Positions 16,735 to 25,164 of a stretch of DNA of 35,615 nucleotides are shown piece by piece. Source of the stretch: a virus. Taxonomy: Duplodnaviria > Caudoviricetes. Location: IMG/VR virus record IMGVR_UViG_3300033067_000289, positions 1-35,615 of that record. One strand, written 5' to 3'. Position numbers and translations under genes: made by a program. The notes under the pieces were generated by a model that saw only the letters and a program-made list of their open reading frames with translations, was not told the DNA's origin and did not search any database. Position 1 is the first letter of the stretch; each line of letters begins with the position of its first letter.

Positions 16735-17088
16735 TTAGTCGGCGTTCTTGGCCGTGCGCGTGCGCGTGCCAGTTTTCTTTTCCTGCACGGCAGCGTCGGC
16801 CTCGGTGTCAGGGGCAGAAGCGTCAGCACGCTCCATGTCCACCACGACCTTCTCGACATCGTGCTTGGTGTTTTCCCAGCGGATGAAGCCGTTTTCCTTG
16901 TGCAGGTTGAACAGGGGCAGCTTGCGCAGCGCGTCAAGTTGCTCGCTCGTCACCTTGGTTACCACTCCGGCGCTCGTCTGCATGTACTGGTTCGGCACGT
17001 TCGCGCCGCCTGCGATCAGGACGGGGCCTGCGTGCGTTTCGTAGCACACCGAAGCGGTGAGGGTGGAGTAGACGTAGAAGTCAGACAT
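16735..17088 (-). CDS. Virion morphogenesis protein of unknown function
   Basis: YVYSTL..V.IAGGANV..GVVTKVT..F..H.ENGFI; lies between capsid and adaptor genes. Confidence 0.75.
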   Translation of the reverse strand: MSDFYVYSTLTASVCYETHAGPVLIAGGANVPNQYMQTSAGVVTKVTSEQLDALRKLPLFNLHKENGFIRWENTKHDVEKVVVDMERADASAPDTEADAAVQEKKTGTRTRTAKNAD

Positions 17089-17156
17089 GCGTTTGTCCTA
17101 TGGTTGATTGGGTGAGCCGATTATGCACCGGCCCACCCGCTCAGTCTACCGACCGA

Positions 17157-18230
17157 TTACACGCCAGTGACGCGCACGAACAGGTAGGGGCGCTTGCACA
17201 TCACGCCCGCAGTAGCACAGCCGAAGTCCTCGACATAGCCCTTGGCACGGCGCTCGCTGCCGATGTTGAACATCTTGGCGGGCACGATCTGCTCGATGGC
17301 GTTTCCGCCATCAGTGCTGCCATCCTCGATGCGCTCGGCGTAGTAGTAAGCCACGTTCGCACCGCCGTTGGCAGCGGTGAACTCGGGCACGTACTCGATG
17401 CGCACGTTCGGGTAGTTGGCGTTCAGCCAAGCCAGCGGGGTTTGCCCGTAGGTGTTCGGCTTGGTCATGATCGTGGAGTAGCCCACGGGCAGCACAATGG
17501 TGAACGCAGAGTTTTGCTCCACGTTGCCTCCGCTGTTGGTCATGATCGCGCCGAGGCGAGTGGCCAGTTCGGTGGTCAGCTCGTCGAACGTCATGGCGGC
17601 GTAGGTCTTGCTGCCTGCGGTCGTGGCGTATGCGGCCAAGCCAGGGTCATTCAGCAGACCGTACACACCAGCAGCGCCACCAGCAAAACCCACGAAGCCT
17701 GCGCGGTTGCGGGCGATGTCCAGCGCCAGCATGGCAGCGCCACGCTTCTCGGCAGCCATCGGAATGCCGCCTGCACCTTCGCGGGCATCTTCCAGCATCG
17801 ACACTTGGAAACCCTGCTCAAACCGCACGATGCCACGGGTGGCATAGGTGTGGCCGTAGCTGGCCAGAGGGATGTTACTGTGATCGCCGTACAGTTCGGC
17901 CTTGGCCACGGGAGTGGACACGCGCTGCACCACGGTGTCGTCGTACCAGTTGCCCGCAGCGGTCACACCCGCGATGCGGTCGATGGCGCGAACGGTAGTC
18001 AACTGACGCACCATGCCGGGCAGCCACACTTGCAGGAATTGCTGCAAGGCAGCGCCCGAGCGTGCGGCGGGGCCGGTCAGGGCGGTGTCCATGACGGCTT
18101 GAAAGCCGTGCACACCCAGCGAGGGCAGCGACTCATAGGCTTGCAGGGCTTGGTCAGCGGCGATTTGCAGCGGCTTGCGCTGGGCCAGTTCACGGCCCGA
18201 CACGCGTTGCGAAACGGTCGTTTCTTTCAT
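17157..18230 (-). CDS. Major capsid protein (DUF2184-like)
   Basis: 357 aa; FLQVWLPG.V, YGD..NIPL, VRFEQG, YGLLNDP, ATAGVMCKRPY motifs. Confidence 0.93.
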   Translation of the reverse strand: MKETTVSQRVSGRELAQRKPLQIAADQALQAYESLPSLGVHGFQAVMDTALTGPAARSGAALQQFLQVWLPGMVRQLTTVRAIDRIAGVTAAGNWYDDTVVQRVSTPVAKAELYGDHSNIPLASYGHTYATRGIVRFEQGFQVSMLEDAREGAGGIPMAAEKRGAAMLALDIARNRAGFVGFAGGAAGVYGLLNDPGLAAYATTAGSKTYAAMTFDELTTELATRLGAIMTNSGGNVEQNSAFTIVLPVGYSTIMTKPNTYGQTPLAWLNANYPNVRIEYVPEFTAANGGANVAYYYAERIEDGSTDGGNAIEQIVPAKMFNIGSERRAKGYVEDFGCATAGVMCKRPYLFVRVTGV

Positions 18231-18245
18231 GATTTCGGGCTCCTA

Positions 18246-18731
18246 TCAGGCCAGACGGACCACAGCCAGGCTCGGGGCATTGGCGGCGGAGGGGTTGTGA
18301 CGAACCACGGTTGCGCCCGTGATCTGGGTTTGGCCACCGCCAGCGGTGCCAGCACCCAGAGCGCCGGTCGCGTTGACGAAGAACACACCGTCGCCGATGG
18401 TCACCGAAGTACCAGCGGTCAGCAGCACGAAAACTTCGCCACGAGTGCAGAACTCGACGGTACGGCTGTTCGGCACGGTGTCGGCGGTTGCGGCCAAGGT
18501 GTTGTCAGCGAAGCCCTTGGGGTTGACCAGCAGGCCCGCAAACAAGCCAGTTCCGCCAGCCTGCACCGATTCGATGGACTCATCACGGTAGGTCAGCGCA
18601 CGACCAAACACGTTGTTCGATGCGGTGTCGGTGTTGATGATGGCGGTGCCGCCCACGTAGGGCGTGTCGAAAGCGATCTCACCGGGGATGCCCGACACCA
18701 AGTCGGAGATGACGGAAGACGGGAAAGTCAT
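18246..18731 (-). CDS. Head decoration (cement) protein
   Basis: 161-aa Gly/Thr/Ala-rich beta protein between protease and MCP; start ATG 18731 in TAATG overlap. Confidence 0.85.
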   Translation of the reverse strand: MTFPSSVISDLVSGIPGEIAFDTPYVGGTAIINTDTASNNVFGRALTYRDESIESVQAGGTGLFAGLLVNPKGFADNTLAATADTVPNSRTVEFCTRGEVFVLLTAGTSVTIGDGVFFVNATGALGAGTAGGGQTQITGATVVRHNPSAANAPSLAVVRLA

Positions 18732-19819
18732 TACTTGGACTCCTTCCACAGGGTGTTCAGGTCAACGGGCTTGACGGCACTGTCAGCAGCAAAGGCCGGC
18801 TTCTTGCTGTCAGGGGTGCGGCCATGCAGCCATGCGTCCAGAGCCACGCGCTCGGCACCGGCAGCGCAGGGCACGGCCAGCAGCTTGACGGCATAGGCAG
18901 CCAATTGGTCAGCGGTCATCGATGCGTGGTCAAACGCACCGATGAATGGGCTCACCTTCCGGTACAGCTCATCACGGGCAGCGATGCCAGCGATCACGGT
19001 GCCGGTGTCTTGAGCGGTGGCCAGCTTGGCGGTCAGGTCAGCCACTTGCTTGCGCAGGGCGTCCATGGCTTCCTTGTCGGAAGCGCCTTGGGGCACGGGG
19101 TTCGGAGCGGGGTCGCTGGGGGGGTCTTTGTCTTCGACCACTTCAGCGGCCTCGGCCTCGGCTTTGATCTCGGCCAGGATGGCCTTGATCTGCTCTTTCA
19201 AATCCATGTCCTTGGCCTCAGCAGGGGCCGGGGTCAGTTCGTCAGCCATCGTTACGGCCTCCTTCAAAAGTTGAGAGTCCAAGGCACACAAGTGCCCAGC
19301 GGTATCCAGCACGGCGACATCGGGGCCGGTTCGCCCCTCCTCCACCAATGCAAGATGATTGGCCCGGATGTCGCGCTGGATGGCGTCATACTGCTTGCCG
19401 TCCCACACGCCGGGCGTCCAGTCTGCGCGGAATCGGTATCCCGGCGACAGCTCGCGCTTGACGCCAGACCGCACCAGCCCCTTGGCAGACTCGGAGTAGA
19501 GTTTCAGGTTGCCCCGCAGGTACGGGGCCTCGTAGTAGACATTCTCACCGATGACGCCATGCACACCCTTGCGCTCGGCAGGGGTGAGCCCTTCGGCCTC
19601 GTCACCCAGCATAGCGTGCTCGTCGGTCAGCGGTGCCAGCTTGAATGACGCGATGGTGTCAGGCGAGGAAAGCTCTTCCTCGGGGCGCAGCACCATGTAC
19701 ACCTTGTCAGGCTCAGGTCCACCGATTTCGCGGCCAAGATACGGGTAAACGCCCACCTTGCTGATGGGGTTGCCCTTGATCTCGACGAAGCCGTTGATGT
19801 CTGTGGTCTGTGCGCTCAT
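18731..19819 (-). CDS. Prohead protease/scaffold (DUF2213-like)
   Basis: NPISKVGVYPYLG, ELSPGY, QRDIRANHLALVEEGRTG.DVAVLD; acidic coiled-coil C-terminal half. Confidence 0.92.
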   Translation of the reverse strand: MSAQTTDINGFVEIKGNPISKVGVYPYLGREIGGPEPDKVYMVLRPEEELSSPDTIASFKLAPLTDEHAMLGDEAEGLTPAERKGVHGVIGENVYYEAPYLRGNLKLYSESAKGLVRSGVKRELSPGYRFRADWTPGVWDGKQYDAIQRDIRANHLALVEEGRTGPDVAVLDTAGHLCALDSQLLKEAVTMADELTPAPAEAKDMDLKEQIKAILAEIKAEAEAAEVVEDKDPPSDPAPNPVPQGASDKEAMDALRKQVADLTAKLATAQDTGTVIAGIAARDELYRKVSPFIGAFDHASMTADQLAAYAVKLLAVPCAAGAERVALDAWLHGRTPDSKKPAFAADSAVKPVDLNTLWKESK

Positions 19820-19844
19820 GATAGCGGACGCCTATTGGTGGCTC

Positions 19845-19871
19845 ATTATAGCTAGTTTGCGGCTATGTCAA
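19845..19871 (-). promoter_or_regulatory. Internal promoter for capsid genes, TTGACA-N15-TATAAT
   Basis: Perfect hexamers at 19871-19866 and 19850-19845 in an AT-rich gap; spacer only 15 nt. Confidence 0.55.
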
Positions 19872-19878
19872 CTGTTTT

Positions 19879-20739
19879 TTAGTCGTCCTCGCCCCATGAG
19901 AGCTGTGGGACCATGAAACAGCGGCAACGGGGAAGACTGCCGGGTAGCCCGCGTGTGCCGTCGGAGTCAATCACGGGCAGGTTGTCCAAGGTAAACACTT
20001 TGCCATCAAGGTCCTCGTGCATCTGGCGTGGGTGCGCCCCCCCTCGTGAGTGCCGCCACACGAACTGCGTGATGCCCGCAGACCGGGCCCGCTCGGCTTG
20101 GATGGCAGCCGACACGCGCCGGACTTGGTTTGATGCGATCAGGTCGCGGCGGTTGTCCGTGATCCCGGCGTACTTGTCCAACGCGTCGCGCACGTCAGCC
20201 AGGCCACGCCCGCCCGGTTGCAGTGAGCGCATCACTGCGCCCGCAACCTGGGCGTGGTATGTTTCGGAAATCGACTTGATAAGCGCGACATTTTCCTTGA
20301 CAGCCGACTGCACCACTTGGCGCAGCGCGGCGGGCATCTTGTCGGTCTTGAGCGTGATGCCGCCCGACAGTTCACGCAGCGAGACATTGAGCGTGTCCGT
20401 GCTGGCCTTGTCCACGCCCTTCAGCATGTTCTCGACGATCTGCGGTGCACGCTCACGGAACAGGCGGGCGAAGCGGCGCTTCAACTTGTTCAGCGCCACG
20501 CTTGCCTTGTTGGCAATGCTGGCATCTTGCGCAATGATGATTGGCGGGGTCTCGTCAAACGTGGCGACAAGTTCACGCCGGTATTCCCGATACATCACGC
20601 GCAGCAGGGCAGTGATGGCCGCGCTGTAACGGTCAATCTGCCCTTGTGACGGACGCAGAGCGCCGCCTACCAGCTTACCGGCAGAGCGTTGCTCGACGTA
20701 GGTCTCGCGCTTACGCGAGAGTCGGAGGTTGCGGCTCAT
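19879..20739 (-). CDS. Minor head morphogenesis protein (SPP1 gp7 / Mu F-like)
   Basis: ENVALIKSI, W.HS.GG.HPR..H..LDGK.F, PG...RCRC motifs; follows portal. Confidence 0.88.
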   Translation of the reverse strand: MSRNLRLSRKRETYVEQRSAGKLVGGALRPSQGQIDRYSAAITALLRVMYREYRRELVATFDETPPIIIAQDASIANKASVALNKLKRRFARLFRERAPQIVENMLKGVDKASTDTLNVSLRELSGGITLKTDKMPAALRQVVQSAVKENVALIKSISETYHAQVAGAVMRSLQPGGRGLADVRDALDKYAGITDNRRDLIASNQVRRVSAAIQAERARSAGITQFVWRHSRGGAHPRQMHEDLDGKVFTLDNLPVIDSDGTRGLPGSLPRCRCFMVPQLSWGEDD

Positions 20740-22471
20740 TGGCTGGCTCGACCTTCAGTTCGATCATGGGGGCGATCATGCGCTCGATTGTTTCCATGTC
20801 AAGCGGGAAGGCCGATGCGATTATTTCCTTGGCGCTTTCTACCGGCATGGTCTTGGCCGCGACGCCGTTCAGCACCTCAACCAGTGACGCGATCTGCGCA
20901 CCGTTCATGGATACCTTAGCGATGCTCTCGCCCTCTGCGGCTGCGGATGCTGCGGCACTATCGGCTGGAACGTTCGTAGAGGTTTCTTGTGGATCGTCCA
21001 AGTCGGCAAAGTCGATGTCTGCGGGTTCTTCTTCCTCTGCCAACCCAAAATAGTCGCTATCCTTGTCCCGGCGCAACTGCTCGCGCACGTCTTGGCCGTC
21101 GATGGCCCCGATCTGTGCCAGTGCGGCGGCGGCTTGGGCTTTCTTCAGGTTGACCTCTGCCCACTCCGCAGCGGTCGGGCTGTCCAGCGGACGCCATGAG
21201 GTCTCAAGCTCCAAGTCTTCGGACAGGCTGAACTTAGTCCGGATGATCGACCGCATGACAAGCTGATGGTGGCGGTCCAGCAGGGGTTGCAGGTCGTTGG
21301 TCTGGATGGACTCCAGCGTGATCCGGTAATCCTCGGCCTCGGATTCGCCCGTGGCGTTGAATCCCTTGGGCGTGGTGCCCAGCAGCTTGGTGGCGGGCAC
21401 TTCGGCAATAGACGCCACAAGCTGATACTGCGTCATGATCGTGGAATCGAGGTCTGTCAGCGTGGTGTCGGTCTGCACCACGTCCTCAGTCTCTTTGTCG
21501 CACACCATCGCGCCGTAATTGTCCCGGCCCATTGCCCAGTCGGTCAGGCGCTGCATGCTCTGGGTCAGGTTTGACCAGAACGCCGAGGCGTCCGTCTTGA
21601 ACACCACAAGCCGCTTGGTCATGGCCAGTTGCGGGGCCTCGTTCGCGGTGCGCTCGGCAGCGTACACGCGCTCATAGATCAACTGGGGCACGGACTTGCC
21701 GCCGTACTGATAGGACGGCTTGAGCACGTCTGGCACAGGGTGCGGGATGTACACGCACAGGTGCGACCGATGGTAACGCTTGCCGCCGATCACGTAGAAC
21801 TCGGGATCGTAGAATCGCAGGCCAGCCGGGTCAGACAGGGCCGCGTCGGTCAGTTCGGGCACGCACCAAATGGGGTCCACTTGGCTGATGCCCATGTAAG
21901 CGCCGGGGGTCACCCCGTCGATGTTGAACGGCTTTTCGTAGTATTCGGGGTCGGTGGATCGCACACGGAATATGGCCACTCGCACGCCGTAGACGCGCCC
22001 CATGTGGACGAATTCCCGCATGGCTTGGGTGACCTTGTAGCGCTTGTCCTGCTTGTCGACTTCGGCAAGGATGGCCTCAGCTTGGGGCGTGCCTTCGGGT
22101 AGGCTCACGTCATATCCCACCCGCACAGCGTCGCGGGCGGGCATGTTGCACGCCTTGTCAACCAGCCAGTGCTGGGACATGAGCGCGGCAACCTGCCACG
22201 AGATGAACCCTTGCGAGGCGTACCAGTAAAACTGCGCCTCGGGCACTTGGTTGTAGCCGATCTGCTGCTTGAACTCGGGCACCAGTCCGGTGCTGGAGTC
22301 CATCGCCGCGCCGGACGCTGAAGCCGTGGGCTGTGGCATGGCGGCACGTAGTGCGGCGACACGCTCAAGCGGGCCGCGCTTGTGGGGCGACTCCCATTCG
22401 GTCGTGAACGTGCTGGCCCGCGTGGGCGCAGGGGCCGGGGCTTGTGCGGGTTTGGGCTTGTTCCAGAGCAT
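20711..22471 (-). CDS. Portal protein (DUF1073-like) with C-terminal extension
   Basis: QHWLVDKAC..PARDA.R.G, YHRSHL, PATKLLGTTPKGFNATGE motifs; follows TerL. Confidence 0.92.
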   Translation of the reverse strand: MLWNKPKPAQAPAPAPTRASTFTTEWESPHKRGPLERVAALRAAMPQPTASASGAAMDSSTGLVPEFKQQIGYNQVPEAQFYWYASQGFISWQVAALMSQHWLVDKACNMPARDAVRVGYDVSLPEGTPQAEAILAEVDKQDKRYKVTQAMREFVHMGRVYGVRVAIFRVRSTDPEYYEKPFNIDGVTPGAYMGISQVDPIWCVPELTDAALSDPAGLRFYDPEFYVIGGKRYHRSHLCVYIPHPVPDVLKPSYQYGGKSVPQLIYERVYAAERTANEAPQLAMTKRLVVFKTDASAFWSNLTQSMQRLTDWAMGRDNYGAMVCDKETEDVVQTDTTLTDLDSTIMTQYQLVASIAEVPATKLLGTTPKGFNATGESEAEDYRITLESIQTNDLQPLLDRHHQLVMRSIIRTKFSLSEDLELETSWRPLDSPTAAEWAEVNLKKAQAAAALAQIGAIDGQDVREQLRRDKDSDYFGLAEEEEPADIDFADLDDPQETSTNVPADSAAASAAAEGESIAKVSMNGAQIASLVEVLNGVAAKTMPVESAKEIIASAFPLDMETIERMIAPMIELKVEPANEPQPPTLA

Positions 22472-22476
22472 GGGGT

Positions 22477-23868
22477 TTATCCGAAGGTTGAGCGGCGTTT
22501 GCTGTACAGGTCGCGTAGGGCTTGCGTCATGGCGTCCACCCGGTCGTCATGGGCAGCAGCGGGGAAGGTTGTCACCTCCTCCACAAAGTCCTTGACCCAA
22601 GGCGCGATATCAGGGTGAGGAAGCCAGACATTGCCCGCCTCCCATTCTGCGGTACAAGCGTGCGCCCGTGCTAGTTTACTACCGTCCGGCTCGATTGGGA
22701 CCATTCCCGACACTTCAGACTTGAGCGAGTCCAAAATGGCGGGGCCGTTTGCCTTGTCCTCGATGAGCTTGCGCCGCGCATCGGGGTATCTAGCGCTCAT
22801 GTCCTTGACCGCCTTCTTGGAGGCGGTGAACCCCATGCGCTCGCGCACCTCATGCAGCAGGTAGGTGTTCGCCCCGGCCTTGGCCCAAACTTGCCCGGCC
22901 ACGTAGTCGGACCCGTCCGTATCCTTGAAGGTCATGTCCCATGACTGGATCACCTTGTCGAACTTCGTGGGCAGGTCTTTGGGCAGGTAGTAGCGGACCC
23001 CGTGATCCTTGAACACCGCGCCGCCTAGCGTCTTGGGAGACCCTTGGTACATGGCAGACCAGAAGTAGTCCCCCAGTGCGGCCTTGGTTTCGATCAGCTT
23101 TTCAATGGGGTGCAGGTCAGGCACCAGCGCCTCACCTCGCTCATTGATGGCGGGAAAGCTCAAGCGGCGGGCTTTGGGATTGGCCGCCAAGACGCGCCCG
23201 GACAAGTCGTCCGTGGCCCACCGGGTGGCCATGATGATCTGCCCGGAGTTGCGCGAAAGCCGGGTCAGGAAAGTGGAGCCGTACCACTTCCATATCGACT
23301 CTTTGACAGTCGGGCTCAGGGCCTCCTTGCTGTTCTTGATCGGGTCGTCGATGATCCCAATGTCCACGCGCTTACCCGTCAGCGGTCCGCCGACACCTTG
23401 ACCGACATATGATCCGCGCGCGCCGATGATCTCAAACGTCTCGCTGTTCCGTTTTGCCTCCGCCTCGACGGTCACGACGCGCTTTTGGTTGAGGCATGAC
23501 TTTGGGAACAGGACACCGTAAGCCGGACTCATCATGATGCGCTGCACATCCCGGTTCATGTCTGATGCCAAGTCTTTGGCGTATGACAGGCCAGCGATGC
23601 GCAAATTTGGATAGTGCCCAAAGATGAACGCAGGCAGGTATCGAGACACCATATCCGACTTGCCGTGCTGGGGTGGCGCCTCCAGAATCAGCAGCGGGCG
23701 CAGACCGGCCAGGCTGTCAGCAAGAAACCGTTCAAGCTCGGCACATACCTGAATGGCAAAGTCGCTGACGATGTAATCCGGGTTGATGTACCGGATGAAT
23801 GCCAGCAGTGAAGCGCGAGCCTCCCGGCGTCGCAGTAGTTCACGGGCTGCGTCAGCCTTGCTGATCAT
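22477..23868 (-). CDS. terL: Terminase large subunit
   Basis: Walker A PPQHGKS, Walker B IGIIDDP, TRW..DDL coupling motif, nuclease SWDMTFK / IEDKANG / HDDRVDA. Confidence 0.96.
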   Translation of the reverse strand: MISKADAARELLRRREARASLLAFIRYINPDYIVSDFAIQVCAELERFLADSLAGLRPLLILEAPPQHGKSDMVSRYLPAFIFGHYPNLRIAGLSYAKDLASDMNRDVQRIMMSPAYGVLFPKSCLNQKRVVTVEAEAKRNSETFEIIGARGSYVGQGVGGPLTGKRVDIGIIDDPIKNSKEALSPTVKESIWKWYGSTFLTRLSRNSGQIIMATRWATDDLSGRVLAANPKARRLSFPAINERGEALVPDLHPIEKLIETKAALGDYFWSAMYQGSPKTLGGAVFKDHGVRYYLPKDLPTKFDKVIQSWDMTFKDTDGSDYVAGQVWAKAGANTYLLHEVRERMGFTASKKAVKDMSARYPDARRKLIEDKANGPAILDSLKSEVSGMVPIEPDGSKLARAHACTAEWEAGNVWLPHPDIAPWVKDFVEEVTTFPAAAHDDRVDAMTQALRDLYSKRRSTFG

Positions 23869-24295
23869 TGGCGATGATGGCCGCCAGAGCCTCGTCTGAG
23901 AGGTCGCTCACGTCTTTGGTGAGGATCGGTCCACCGTTTGCGCCTGTGACCTCTTGGGTGATCTTGTCGCCGTATTTCTTGGGAGCCAGTTTCGACAATA
24001 GCCACTTGCGGGTGTCTACTTGCAGGCGTTGCTTGGCGACTGCGCCCGAGTCGGTCGATCCGTTGTCGGTTGTGCCCACGGCCTCGTCGGCAATGTCGAG
24101 CGTGTCCTCGGCCATGTGCTCAATGAGGATCGCGCGCGCGCGGGTGTATTGATCCGCGAGGGCGGCGTCATTGTCGCACCAGCGCAGGAATGTTCCCATT
24201 GGGAGCCCGACCATTTTACAGGCAGTGCGCGTGCTGTGCCCTTCGGTCATCAGGTCGATGACTTGATTGGCGAGTTCCTTGCGCTCTTCGTTCAC
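23852..24295 (-). CDS. terS: Terminase small subunit (Sf6 gp1-like)
   Basis: G.S.R.AC..T...W, QY.RAR, IAD, RLQVDTRKWLLSKLAPKKYGDK. Confidence 0.92.
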   Translation of the reverse strand: MNEERKELANQVIDLMTEGHSTRTACKMVGLPMGTFLRWCDNDAALADQYTRARAILIEHMAEDTLDIADEAVGTTDNGSTDSGAVAKQRLQVDTRKWLLSKLAPKKYGDKITQEVTGANGGPILTKDVSDLSDEALAAIIANDQQG

Positions 24296-24298
24296 GGC

Positions 24299-24634
24299 TC
24301 ACAACCCCTTTTTCTCAGCAAACCGTTGACCCCACTCCCGCACCTTGTCGGCTCCAAAGAGGCCCACGGAAGCGCCGATGAAGGTTGACCAGCCGTCAGC
24401 CATACCGAGGGCTTGGACGAGGCTGGAGATGCCGAGGGCGATCAGCCCGCACAGGACGGACTCCAGCGAGCGGCGAATCCATCGGGGTTCTTTGCCATCG
24501 TAGACGACCCGGACGAATGCGATGAGGGCTGCCAGGATAGCGGCCCGCGCTGGCTCGGGTAGGGCGTCGATCAGCTTCATGAGGGTGCTGGCTTCGTCGT
24601 TCATGCTGAGGGCCTGAGTGTGTTCGTTCGGCAT
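24299..24634 (-). CDS. Holin, lambda S-like class I (3 TM)
   Basis: AALIAFVRVVYDG..R..ES.LCG..A..FIG..VG..G.D..R pattern, three hydrophobic segments, basic C-terminus; start could be Met1, Met11 or Met19. Confidence 0.85.
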   Translation of the reverse strand: MPNEHTQALSMNDEASTLMKLIDALPEPARAAILAALIAFVRVVYDGKEPRWIRRSLESVLCGLIALGISSLVQALGMADGWSTFIGASVGLFGADKVREWGQRFAEKKGL

Positions 24635-24635
24635 G

Positions 24636-24701
24636 AATGTAACAGATGCGGCGCGTTAGGGGCAATGTGTGGATGGTAGCGCATCGGGGGAGTGTGGGCA
24701 A
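24636..24701 (-). promoter_or_regulatory. Two tandem candidate late-operon promoters
   Basis: TTGCCC(24701-24696)-N17-TACCAT(24678-24673) and TTGCCC(24665-24660)-N18-TACATT(24641-24636, with TGn extension). Confidence 0.45.
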
Positions 24702-24779
24702 CTGGCACACCCGGATGGGGGGGGGGTTACGCAATGCGCCAGACGCGTGCGCCGTCAGGGCACCCCGCAAAACTCGCAT

Positions 24780-25106
24780 CTCATTGCACACTCATCGCAC
24801 CGCCAAAAGTGCAATGAGTTCGGCCCAAATGTAACAAAATGTAACCTAAGTCTCGTTGCTAACCTATTGATTTATAAAGATATTTACTACTACTACTACT
24901 ACGTAGTAGTGTCGTGCTGCCAGTTTTTCAACTCATCGCACTCATTGCACCGATTTTTCGATCCCGGATTTTTTTGGTCTGGGTCTGTGTTTGTAGATTG
25001 GGGGTGGTGCAATGAGTTATGAGTTCAAAAAATGCGCTAACCCATTGATTCATAATGAAAAACTCGTCGCACTCGCGCAAAACTCATGTCTCAGCTGTGC
25101 AATGAG
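24780..25106. repeat. Putative replication origin: CTCRTYGCAC iterons, two IHF-consensus sites, AT-rich core and (TAC)6 palindrome
   Basis: Decamer copies start at 24780, 24791, 24932, 24941, 25063 (direct) and 24809, 25007, 25097 (inverted); YAANNNNTTGATW at 24860-24872 and 25038-25050; palindrome ACTACTACGTAGTAGT 24895-24910; directly downstream of the primase-helicase gene. Confidence 0.65.
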
Positions 25107-25121
25107 TTTCGCCGCTGGCAC

Positions 25122-25142
25122 AAAAAAACCGCCCGAAGGCGG
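25122..25142 (-). terminator. Intrinsic terminator of primase-helicase transcript
   Basis: Minus strand CCGCC-TTCG-GGCGG-TTTTTTT (UUCG tetraloop), 22 nt after the stop. Confidence 0.88.
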
Positions 25143-25164
25143 CTTGTGTGGTGGCTCGTGTCGG

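Noticed and set aside
13130-18896. Long + strand ORFs 13130-14776 and 17100-18896
   Set aside because: Antisense shadows of sheath/tube and capsid genes, expected from high-GC codon bias
20711-22471. Anti-CBASS Acb1 nuclease (a label sometimes attached to DUF1073 proteins)
   Set aside because: Position and motifs are those of a portal; no paired HxT/S 2H-phosphoesterase motifs seen in the extension
24669-25022. 117-aa ORF with a YYYYYYY run
   Set aside because: Translation artefact of the (TAC)n repeat in the AT-rich origin-like region
24780-25106. CRISPR or mini-array
   Set aside because: Repeats are only 10 bp, in mixed orientation and irregularly spaced; no cas genes
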